Made by a program: the position numbers and the translations under genes. Positions 8,932 through 16,693 of a stretch of 64,000 nt of DNA are shown here, one piece after another. The notes below the pieces were generated by a model that saw only the letters and a program-made list of their open reading frames with translations, searched no databases and had not been told where the DNA came from. Source of the DNA: Patescibacteria group bacterium (GTDB taxonomy: Bacteria > Patescibacteriota > Patescibacteriia > Patescibacteriales > JBAZCA01); assembly GCA_041671125.1 (NCBI GenBank), contig JBAZCA010000004.1, forward strand, positions 23,029-87,028. The letters are read 5' to 3'. Every line of letters starts with the position of its first letter. Position 1 is the first letter of the stretch.

Positions 8932-9429
8932 TTAAAATTTTTCTTTGACTTTAACGGATATCTGTTTGGCGGTCTGAGCTTTAGGGAGGACGAGGGTGAG
9001 AATGCCGTTTTCCAGGGTCGCTTCAATTTTGTCGGCCTGGATTTCAACCGGCAAAATTACCGAGCGGGAAAAGTTTCCCCAATAGCACTCGCGGAACAGG
9101 TAATTTTCTTCGGCCACGACTTCTTCCATCTCTCTTTTGCCGCGGATGGTGAGCATATCATTGTTAATGGAAATGTCAATGTCGTCGGGCTTGACTCCGG
9201 CTATGGTGGATTTGACGATTATGTCGTCCCGGGTCTGGTAAACGTCAATTGAGAGCTGGCCTTCTTCAAAATCATTTTCCAGCCATTCTTCCTCAAGGTT
9301 GTCGTTTCTATCACTGCCGCTTATAGCGCCGTCCGCGCCCCATGAATCTCCGGCGCCGTCTTTGTCGGCGATGTTTATGACTTCTATGGAATTATTGAGG
9401 CCAGCCAGCCTTTTAAAAATATTTGCCAT
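8932..9429 (-). CDS. Hsp20/alpha-crystallin small heat-shock protein
   Basis: 165 aa. The alpha-crystallin domain reads LSIDVYQTRDDIIVKSTIAGVKPDDIDISINNDMLTIRGKRE...FSRSVILPVEIQADKIEATLENGILTLVLPK. Confidence 0.9.
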   Translation of the reverse strand: MANIFKRLAGLNNSIEVINIADKDGAGDSWGADGAISGSDRNDNLEEEWLENDFEEGQLSIDVYQTRDDIIVKSTIAGVKPDDIDISINNDMLTIRGKREMEEVVAEENYLFRECYWGNFSRSVILPVEIQADKIEATLENGILTLVLPKAQTAKQISVKVKEKF

Positions 9430-9495
9430 ATAGCTTTAGAAAGTTCGCGGCGGTTTTCCGCGAAAAAATTATTTTTTAGAGTAATTACTTTACTT

Positions 9496-9524
9496 ATTAT
9501 ATGATGTTTTAGAAATTGAGGCAA
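9496..9524 (-). promoter_or_regulatory. Putative hsp20 promoter (TTGCCT-17 nt-TATAAT)
   Basis: On the minus strand, TTGCCT (9524-9519), a 17-nt spacer, and TATAAT (9501-9496). The perfect palindrome AGTAATTACT at 9480-9489 lies just downstream. Confidence 0.55.
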
Positions 9525-9650
9525 GAGGTGGCGGAAAAAAGATTCTTTGCCTTACGGTTTTTTATGGAGAGTCTTGGACGGGCGGATAATTTGCGCGCTA
9601 GAGATCCCTCGCCTTGCGGCTCGGGATAATTTGCTCACACGCAAATTACA

Positions 9651-9679
9651 TTGACAAATAGCCTTAAATTTATTAAATT
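9651..9679 (+). promoter_or_regulatory. Possible promoter upstream of tRNA-Arg/His (TTGACA-17 nt-TAAATT)
   Basis: Motif match only. A short GC hairpin plus T run at about 9703-9730 lies between this site and the tRNAs, so the assignment is uncertain. Confidence 0.35.
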
Positions 9680-9758
9680 ATGAAGGATGAAGTATGCGCA
9701 GGCTTGGGCGAAGAGCCCTTTTCTTTTTTACGCCCGCCCGCGAATTTAACGGAATAGG

Positions 9759-9830
9759 GCGCCCATAGTTCAACGGATAGAACACCAGCCTTCTAAGCTG
9801 GTTATGGGGGTTCGATTCCCTCTGGGCGTA
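9759..9830 (+). tRNA. tRNA-Arg (TCT)
   Basis: Sequence is GCGCCCATAGTTCAACGGATAGAACACCAGCCTTCTAAGCTGGTTATGGGGGTTCGATTCCCTCTGGGCGTA. The anticodon loop is CT-TCT-AA. There is a G1:U72 wobble. Confidence 0.9.
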
Positions 9831-9837
9831 CAAGGAA

Positions 9838-9872
9838 ATTGACGATTGACGATTTCCGATTGACGATTTATA
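9838..9872. repeat. Heptamer array ATTGACG x5 (attgacg attgacg atttccg attgacg atttata)
   Basis: A direct 7-nt periodicity can be read in the sequence between the two tRNAs. A related word, caattgacgat, occurs at about 9889-9899. Confidence 0.8.
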
Positions 9873-9907
9873 TTTTAATTTAAAATCGGCAATTGACGAT
9901 CATGTAT

Positions 9908-9979
9908 GGTGGCCATCGTTCAACGGCAGGACAGCGGTTTGTGGTACCGCTAACGAGGGTTCAACTCCCTCTGGCCACC
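9908..9979 (+). tRNA. tRNA-His (GTG) with encoded G-1
   Basis: Sequence is G-GTGGCCATCGTTCAACGGCAGGACAGCGGTTTGTGGTACCGCTAACGAGGGTTCAACTCCCTCTGGCCAC-C. G-1 pairs with C73. The anticodon loop is TT-GTG-GT. Confidence 0.93.
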
Positions 9980-10048
9980 CAAAAAAATATTGTATAAAAA
10001 ATCTCCCTGGCTTATACTAAGGTTGGGGAGATTTTTTATAGAAAAAAT

Positions 10049-10588
10049 ATGAAAAACGCGACAATTTTCCACGGCACCGGCGACGGGCCGGATAAATACT
10101 GGTTTCCCTGGCTGAAAAATGAGCTGGAAGCGCGCGGCTATGAGGTTTGGCTGCCGGCTCTTCCTAATGCCGAACATCCTAATCTTAAAGACTGGTTGCC
10201 GTTTATCCTGAAAAACGGAAAGCTGACGGATGAAACAATTATTATCGGACATTCGGCCGGCGCCCAGATTATTTTAAGCGTGCTGGAGAGCGCGGAAGTA
10301 AAAATTAAAAAAGCCATTTTGGTTTCCGGTTATGCCAAAGCCCTGAGAAAAGACGAGAAGCGCGAGAAAGACTCCGGAGAATATGATTGGGACAAAATTA
10401 AAGGCAAAGCAAAAGAATTTATTTTTATCAATTCTGATAATGACCCCTGGGGGTGCGACGACAAGCAGGGAAGGATAATGCAGGAACACCTGGGTGGACG
10501 ATTGATTACCAGGCATGACGGGCACATGGGATCCACTACTTACAACCAGCCTTACAAGGAGTTTCCTTTGCTTTTGGAATTAATCTAA
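10049..10588 (+). CDS. Small alpha/beta hydrolase (YdeN/RBBP9-like serine hydrolase)
   Basis: 179 aa. It starts with IFHGTGDGPDKYWFPWLKNELE, has the nucleophile elbow GHSAGA, and ends with C-terminal DGHMG. Confidence 0.6.
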   Translation: MKNATIFHGTGDGPDKYWFPWLKNELEARGYEVWLPALPNAEHPNLKDWLPFILKNGKLTDETIIIGHSAGAQIILSVLESAEVKIKKAILVSGYAKALRKDEKREKDSGEYDWDKIKGKAKEFIFINSDNDPWGCDDKQGRIMQEHLGGRLITRHDGHMGSTTYNQPYKEFPLLLELI

Positions 10589-10664
10589 ACGTCTGGACTT
10601 TTTATAGTAACCTGTTAAGCTACCTTTAACGGCGTAATTCGCGCCTTTTTATTTTTTTTACCCT

Positions 10665-12116
10665 ATGGCCGAAGAAGTAATATTGCGTTTTGACGAAGTC
10701 CATTTTGAATACCAGGAAAATAAGCCTATTTTGGACGGGGTCAGTTTTAGCGCGCGCCGGAACGCGAAAATCACTTTAATGGGTCAGAACGGCGCGGGTA
10801 AGAGTTCCATCTTCGCTTTAATTACCGGCGAGCTAAAACCTAAATCCGGCCGGGTTTCAATAACGAACGGCGCCACCATCGCCACCGCCCGCCAGGTTAT
10901 AAGCCGGGAAGATCTTAACTTATCCGTGGAAAAATATTTTGCCAAAGCTTTTGAAGTTGTGCCCGCTAACTTAGCCAGCCGGATCGCTAAAGTTCTTGAA
11001 ACCGTAAATCTTGACGCGCCGGCCGAAAGGAAAGTAAGCGACCTTTCCGGCGGACAGCAGGCGCGACTGTTACTCGCTTTCGCGTTAATCCAAAATCCGG
11101 ATATCCTTTTACTGGATGAGCCGACTAATAACCTTGATCAGGCCGGCATTGACCATTTGGTTGAATTTTTAATCATGTATGAAAAGACCGCGATTGTAAT
11201 TTCCCATGACGCCGACTTTTTAAATTGTTTTACCGAGGGCGTTATTTATCTGGATGTCTTTACCCATAAAACCGAGACTTATGTCGGCGATTATTATTCG
11301 GTGGTGGAAGAAATCGGGAAGCGGGTTGAACGCGAGCAGAGAAGGAACGCCCAGCTGAAAAAGCAGATTGTTGACCGCAAGGAAAAGGTGAATTTTTTCG
11401 CCAACAAAGGCGGCAAGATGCGCAAACTGGCGAAAAAATTAAAAGACGAAACCGCCGAGCTGGAAGAAGACATGGTGGATGTCCGGCAGGAAGATAAAAC
11501 CATCCGGCCGTTTACTATTCCCTGCGAGGATATTACCGGCGAAATCGTAAAAATCAGCGCCGTTAAAGTCATCCGCAACCATGAGCCGGTCATAAAAGAA
11601 ACTAATAAAGTCCTCCGCAAGGGGGCGCACTTGCTCGTTGTCGGCCCGAACGGAGTCGGTAAAAGCACTTTTCTGCGTTCGCTCGTTTCCGGTAAAGATA
11701 AAGAAGCGAAAATTTTAGATAAAGCAACAGTCGGCTATTACAGCCAGGATTTTTCCAACCTTGATTTTAGCCAGACGGTTTTTGATTCCCTGCAAAGCGT
11801 TTTAGCCGACGGCCTGGATACTCAAACCATGCGCTCGGTCGCGGCCGGTTTTTTAATCGGCGGAGATTTGATGGGCCGCAAAATTGGCGAGCTGTCCGAA
11901 GGGCAGAAAGGTCTCTTAGCTTTCGCGCGCCTCGCGCTCGCTCGGCCCGGAGTTTTAATTTTAGACGAGCCGACCAACCATATTAACTTCCGTCACCTTC
12001 CGGTAATTGCCAAAGCAATTAACGAATACGAAGGCGCCATGATTATGGTCAGCCATATGCCCGATTTTGTCAAAAAGATAAAATTTGACGAGGTTCTTGA
12101 TTTGGGAAAGCTATAG
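10665..12116 (+). CDS. ABC-F family ATPase (two nucleotide-binding domains, no TM domain)
   Basis: 483 aa. Walker A GQNGAGKSS and GPNGVGKST, signatures LSGGQQ and LSEGQK, and a charged linker between the two domains. Confidence 0.85.
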   Translation: MAEEVILRFDEVHFEYQENKPILDGVSFSARRNAKITLMGQNGAGKSSIFALITGELKPKSGRVSITNGATIATARQVISREDLNLSVEKYFAKAFEVVPANLASRIAKVLETVNLDAPAERKVSDLSGGQQARLLLAFALIQNPDILLLDEPTNNLDQAGIDHLVEFLIMYEKTAIVISHDADFLNCFTEGVIYLDVFTHKTETYVGDYYSVVEEIGKRVEREQRRNAQLKKQIVDRKEKVNFFANKGGKMRKLAKKLKDETAELEEDMVDVRQEDKTIRPFTIPCEDITGEIVKISAVKVIRNHEPVIKETNKVLRKGAHLLVVGPNGVGKSTFLRSLVSGKDKEAKILDKATVGYYSQDFSNLDFSQTVFDSLQSVLADGLDTQTMRSVAAGFLIGGDLMGRKIGELSEGQKGLLAFARLALARPGVLILDEPTNHINFRHLPVIAKAINEYEGAMIMVSHMPDFVKKIKFDEVLDLGKL

Positions 12117-12118
12117 TT

Positions 12119-12889
12119 TTAATGATCGCCGCAATGGGCGCAATCGGAAAAGCTGATTTTCGGGATAATATGAAGTAAAAGTTTTTTTACGTTTTCGGCG
12201 TTTTTTTGCATGACTTTCAGGATCATGTCCCAGGTAACGGATTCTTCCGTCTCCCGCCAGCAGTCATAATCAGTGCTCATGGCGATTGACGCGTAGCAGA
12301 TTCCGAGTTCGCGGGCGAGAATTACTTCCGGCACGGTGGACATATTTATGACATCGGCGCCAAGCGTTTTAAACATCCGGCTTTCAGCCCGGGTGGAAAA
12401 GCGCGGGCCTTCAATAGTGAGCATAGCGCCTTTGGCGTGGTGAGCTAAATTTAATTCTCCGGCGGATTCTATGAGCGATTCTCTTAAGCCGGGGCAGAAA
12501 GGATCCGCCATGGGCGTGTGGATTACCTTGTCATCGTAGAAGGTAAGGTTGCGGTGCTTTGTAAAATCAATGAACTGGTCAAGGAATATAATATGGCCGG
12601 GTTCTATTTCTTCACGCAGGGAGCCGCAGGCCGTTGTCGCGATAATGTGTGTCGCGCCGGCCTCTTTTAAGGCCCAGATGTTGGCCCGGTAAGGGACTTT
12701 TGTCGGGGGTATAACGTGGCCTTTGCCGTGCCGGGCAAGGACGATGATGTCAACTCCTCCAATTTGGCCGGTTATAAGCGGGCTGGCGGGCTGGCCGAAA
12801 GGCGTTTCCAGATTAATCTCTCTCGGGTTTTTTAAAATTTTTGGGTCATCTATTCCTGAGCCACCTATGATGGCGATTTTATTTCGCAT
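12119..12889 (-). CDS. mtnP: S-methyl-5'-thioadenosine phosphorylase
   Basis: 256 aa. It matches the MTAP/PNP family through IAIIGGSG...[28 protein letters not shown]...[25 protein letters not shown]. Confidence 0.85.
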   Translation of the reverse strand: MRNKIAIIGGSGIDDPKILKNPREINLETPFGQPASPLITGQIGGVDIIVLARHGKGHVIPPTKVPYRANIWALKEAGATHIIATTACGSLREEIEPGHIIFLDQFIDFTKHRNLTFYDDKVIHTPMADPFCPGLRESLIESAGELNLAHHAKGAMLTIEGPRFSTRAESRMFKTLGADVINMSTVPEVILARELGICYASIAMSTDYDCWRETEESVTWDMILKVMQKNAENVKKLLLHIIPKISFSDCAHCGDH

Positions 12890-12989
12890 AACTCATAACG
12901 CGCAACCCATAACTCTCATAATATTTCGTAGTAAAAAAAGACGTTCTATGGTTTATGGGAAGTCCACGTATTATAGTATATATAAAATT

Positions 12990-13517
12990 TTATTCAGACT
13001 CATAGTTAATAAGCGATCTTACGGTAAATCCCCGGTCTTTTAATTTTTTTGACCCGCCAAGAAAAGGCAGGTCAACGAGGAAACTGACGCCAACGATTTT
13101 TCCGCCGAGTTCTTCTATTAAATCGCAGGCGGCTAAAGCCGTTCCGCCAGTAGCGCAGAGGTCGTCAATCAAGACGACTTTTTCTCCGGGCCGGACGGCG
13201 TCCTCGTGCATTTCAATCGTATTGCTCGCGTATTCAAGGGTGTATTCCCGGCTGATTGTTTTTGCCGGCAGTTTGCCGATTTTGCGGACAATGGCCAGGC
13301 CGGTTTTAAGGCTGTAGGCAACGGGCGCCGCGAGCAAAAATCCCCGGGCGTCAATGCCGAGAACTTTTTTAATCTCCTGGCCGCTAAACGGCGCGGCCAA
13401 AGAGTCAACTGCCTCGCGGAAAGCGGCCGGGTCTAAGAGCAGGGTTGTAATGTCTTTGAAGTTTATTCCGTCTTTAGGCCAGTCAGGAATTTCCCGGATG
13501 GTTGATTTTAAATTCAT
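12990..13517 (-). CDS. apt: Adenine phosphoribosyltransferase
   Basis: 175 aa. The PRPP-binding motif is VVLIDDLCATGGTALA. The N-terminal IREIPDWPKDGINFKDITTLL is typical of Apt. Confidence 0.9.
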   Translation of the reverse strand: MNLKSTIREIPDWPKDGINFKDITTLLLDPAAFREAVDSLAAPFSGQEIKKVLGIDARGFLLAAPVAYSLKTGLAIVRKIGKLPAKTISREYTLEYASNTIEMHEDAVRPGEKVVLIDDLCATGGTALAACDLIEELGGKIVGVSFLVDLPFLGGSKKLKDRGFTVRSLINYESE

Positions 13518-13577
13518 GGTTTTTGTGTTAAAGTATTAAGGTTGTTTTAATTATATTAATAAATTCAATTAAATACA

Positions 13578-14951
13578 ATGGAATCAAATAGAGACCTTTT
13601 AACTAAGCCGATTCCCGGCCTGATCCGCCATATTGCCGTGCCGGGCAGCGTCGGTTTTATTTTTAATACTCTCTACAATATTATAGACACTTTTTTCGGC
13701 GGCCGGATTTCTACCGACGCTTTGGCGGCCATGTCTTTATCGTTTCCGGTTTTTTTTATCATCATTGCCATGGGTTCGGGCATTTCAACCGGCGCGACGG
13801 CTCTGATGGCCAACGCTTTAGGAGCCGGAGACGCGAAAAAAGCCCGGGTTTATTCGGCCCAGGCCATAAGCTTTAGCATTATCCTGTCGCTTATCTTAAC
13901 CTGGGTCGGGATTACTTTCTCGCCTTTTCTTTTTCGCCTGCTCGGCGCGGAAGGCGAATACCTTAATTTCGCGCTTGCCTATATTAACGTCATATTTTAC
14001 GGAACGGTTTTTTTTCTCCTGAGCTTTACCTTAAATTCAGTTTTGGTCGCGCAGGGAAATACGAAAACTTACCGCAACCTTTTAATCGTCGGTTTTTTTC
14101 TTAATATCATCCTTGATCCCTGGTTTATTTATGGCGGTTACGGGGTTCCGGCCATGGGTATTGCCGGAGTGGCTTGGGCTACGGTTTTAGTCCAGGTAGT
14201 AAGCGCCGGATATTTGTTCATAAAAATCATCCGGACGCACCTGATCCATGACGGTTTTTACGAAGCTTTCCGGCCTAAGCTTTCCCACTATTACGAACTG
14301 GCTAAACAGGGTTTTCCGGCCAGCCTCAACATGATGACCGTGGCTATCGGCGTGTTCGTCATTACCTATTATGTCAGCCGCTACGGGCGGGAAGCGGTCG
14401 CGGCTTACGGTATCGCGACCCGCTTTGATCAGATGGCGCTCCTGCCGATTATGGGAATCAATATGGCTTCCCTGGCTCTAGTCGGGCAGAATAACGGCGC
14501 CCGGCTTTTTAACCGGGTAAGGGAAATTATTAAGCTCTCCCTAAAATATGGCATTTCCCTCGCCCTTATGAGCGGACTGGCAGTTCTTTTATTCGCCCGG
14601 CCGCTCGTCAATTTATTTTCTTCCGACCCGGCGGTAATCGCGATCGGAGAAGGATACTTAAAAATTTCCGTTTTTGTTTACGTGGCCTATACCATATTAT
14701 TTGTAACCGTATCAATTCTCCAAGGGTTGAAAAAACCATTTTACGCCGTCATTGTCGGCGCTTACCGGCAGATCGCGGCGCCGCTTATAATATTCTGGCT
14801 TTTGGCCTCTTTCCTCGGCTTCGGCCTTTTGGGAATCTGGTGGGGGATTTTTATCATCAACTGGTCCGCCGCCCTGTTCACGCTTTTTTATCTTAAGCGA
14901 AGAATGGCAAAATTAGATTATGTTACTCGCGGCGGAAAAGGACGGACTTAA
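13578..14951 (+). CDS. MATE-family efflux transporter
   Basis: 457 aa with about 12 TM helices. The N-terminal PGSVGFIFNTLYNIIDTFFGGRIS is typical of the MATE family. Confidence 0.85.
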   Translation: MESNRDLLTKPIPGLIRHIAVPGSVGFIFNTLYNIIDTFFGGRISTDALAAMSLSFPVFFIIIAMGSGISTGATALMANALGAGDAKKARVYSAQAISFSIILSLILTWVGITFSPFLFRLLGAEGEYLNFALAYINVIFYGTVFFLLSFTLNSVLVAQGNTKTYRNLLIVGFFLNIILDPWFIYGGYGVPAMGIAGVAWATVLVQVVSAGYLFIKIIRTHLIHDGFYEAFRPKLSHYYELAKQGFPASLNMMTVAIGVFVITYYVSRYGREAVAAYGIATRFDQMALLPIMGINMASLALVGQNNGARLFNRVREIIKLSLKYGISLALMSGLAVLLFARPLVNLFSSDPAVIAIGEGYLKISVFVYVAYTILFVTVSILQGLKKPFYAVIVGAYRQIAAPLIIFWLLASFLGFGLLGIWWGIFIINWSAALFTLFYLKRRMAKLDYVTRGGKGRT

Positions 14952-15024
14952 TCTGTTTTTCATCTATTGGTAATACTGTTTATTTACAGGTTGTATTTAA
15001 CTATTTAGCTTAAACATCAATAAC

Positions 15025-15714
15025 ATGAAATTAAAAATAAATAATCGCCAGTCGGTTTATCTTCCTATCCTGGGCGCGGTTTTACTTCTAACTTTTGGCG
15101 GTTGCTCTCTTTGGCCGGGAAATGATCAGGGAAGAGGCAATGATGTCCAGAACGGCAATCAGCCGGGAGTGCGGAACGACGAAATTAATACTAACACTAA
15201 CGCGAACACGAGCGGCAGTACCAATAATCAGCCGGCTGAAAATACCGGCGGAGGAATTATAAAAGAATCCGGCGCGACAATTGATCTTTCCGGAAAAGGC
15301 CTGACCGAGTTTCCCAAAGACATCCTTTCGCGGCGGGGCGTAAAAAAATTAATCCTTTCCAATAACCGGATAAAAAGCCTGCCGTCCGAAATCGGCGAGC
15401 TTACTGATATTGAGGAATTGTATTTAGACGGGAACGAACTCACCGGCGCGCTTCCAGGGGAAATAAGAAAAATGTCAGAGCTAAAAATTCTTGACGCCCA
15501 TAATAATGGGTTAACCGGCATACCGGCCGAAATCGGCCAGCTGAAAAATTTGCAAGTCATAAACTTCAGCGGCAATAAGATTGATACCATGCCGGACGAA
15601 ATCGGGAATATCAAAGGAAATCTGGAGGTTCTAAACATCTCCGGCAACGGATATTCTTCCGACGCGATTAGAAAGATTGAGGATATGCTTCCTGATACGC
15701 AGGTAATATTTTAA
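15025..15714 (+). CDS. Leucine-rich-repeat lipoprotein
   Basis: 229 aa. It has a lipobox LLTFGGC, an N/G/T-rich linker, and about 6 LRRs (LxLSNNRIKSLPSEIGELTDIEELYLDGNELTG...). Confidence 0.8.
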   Translation: MKLKINNRQSVYLPILGAVLLLTFGGCSLWPGNDQGRGNDVQNGNQPGVRNDEINTNTNANTSGSTNNQPAENTGGGIIKESGATIDLSGKGLTEFPKDILSRRGVKKLILSNNRIKSLPSEIGELTDIEELYLDGNELTGALPGEIRKMSELKILDAHNNGLTGIPAEIGQLKNLQVINFSGNKIDTMPDEIGNIKGNLEVLNISGNGYSSDAIRKIEDMLPDTQVIF

Positions 15715-15715
15715 T

Positions 15716-15790
15716 CAATCCGCAATCCGCGACTTTCAATGAGATTATAATCCAAGGATTGTTAATTAAAGGTTGATGGATTAAGGATTC
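15716..15790. repeat. Intergenic word hairpin (AATCCGC words vs GGATT words, about 7-nt phase)
   Basis: aatccgc-aatccgc ... aaggatt-gttaatt-aaaggtt-gatggat-taaggat. Confidence 0.6.
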
Positions 15791-15799
15791 AATAAACTT

Positions 15800-16417
15800 A
15801 TGCCAAAAAATTTTTACGTTCTCCCGGAACTGCCTTACGGTTACGTTGACCTGGCTCCGGTCATGTCCGAGGAGCTTTTAAAAATCCATCATGATAAGCA
15901 CCATGCCGCTTACGTCGCCGGCGCTAATGCCATCCTGGAAAAAATGGATAAGGCGCACACGGGCGGCGCGGAGCTTGATCCTAAAGCCGAGTTAAAAGCC
16001 CTGTCGTTTAATATCGGCGGACATGTCCTTCATTCTTTATTCTGGGAGAATTTAGCTCCTGCTAATAACGGCGGAGGCGGCGAGCCTGGTGGAAAGTTGG
16101 CTGAAAAAATAAAAGAAGACTTTGGCGGCTTTGAAAATTTTAAAGCCGGGTTTATAAAAATCGCCATGACGGTTGAAGGCTCGGGTTGGGCGGCTCTTAC
16201 TTACTGCCTAAAGACCAACCGGCTAATTCCCATGCAGGTTGAAAAGCATAATACCAACCTTTACCCGAATTTTAAAATTATAATGGCCATAGACGCTTTT
16301 GAGCACGCTTATTATCTTGATTATAAAAACGATAAGGCCAGGTTTTTTGAAGCGATCTGGAGCGTCATCAACTGGAAAATAGTTGATGAGCGGTATAAGC
16401 AGGTTGCATCGCTTTGA
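15800..16417 (+). CDS. sodA: Fe/Mn superoxide dismutase
   Basis: 205 aa. It begins LPELPYGYVDLAPVMSEELLKIHHDKHH and contains AIDAFEHAYYLDY. Confidence 0.92.
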   Translation: MPKNFYVLPELPYGYVDLAPVMSEELLKIHHDKHHAAYVAGANAILEKMDKAHTGGAELDPKAELKALSFNIGGHVLHSLFWENLAPANNGGGGEPGGKLAEKIKEDFGGFENFKAGFIKIAMTVEGSGWAALTYCLKTNRLIPMQVEKHNTNLYPNFKIIMAIDAFEHAYYLDYKNDKARFFEAIWSVINWKIVDERYKQVASL

Positions 16418-16420
16418 ATT

Positions 16421-16545
16421 TCAGGGCTTTCAGTTCGGCGCATTTCTGCGTTGGCGCCTGCGATACTCACTCGCCGTACCTTAAAGTACGACTTGTTCCG
16501 TTTCTCGGCGCCGTCTTGAACTGCATCCGAACATGTAAGCCCTGA
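16421..16545. repeat. Palindromic intergenic element, copy 1 of a 2-copy family (core 16437-16513)
   Basis: Terminal stem tcagggctt...aagccctga. The core ggcgcatttctgcgttggcgcctgcgatactcactcgccgtaccttaaagtacgacttgttccgtttctcggcgccg recurs at 49274-49349 with 3 differences. Confidence 0.85.
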
Positions 16546-16693
16546 CTATATGAAATGTGTGTTCTTTGAAAGAGAAATACCTTCCGCTTAAGCGGGGGGT
16601 ATTTTGTTTGACAGCCAGAAAGGATTTTGTTATTATGGTAATAAGCTAGTTTAATATATTTAAACTAGCCTTTTTTATTTTAATACAACTACT

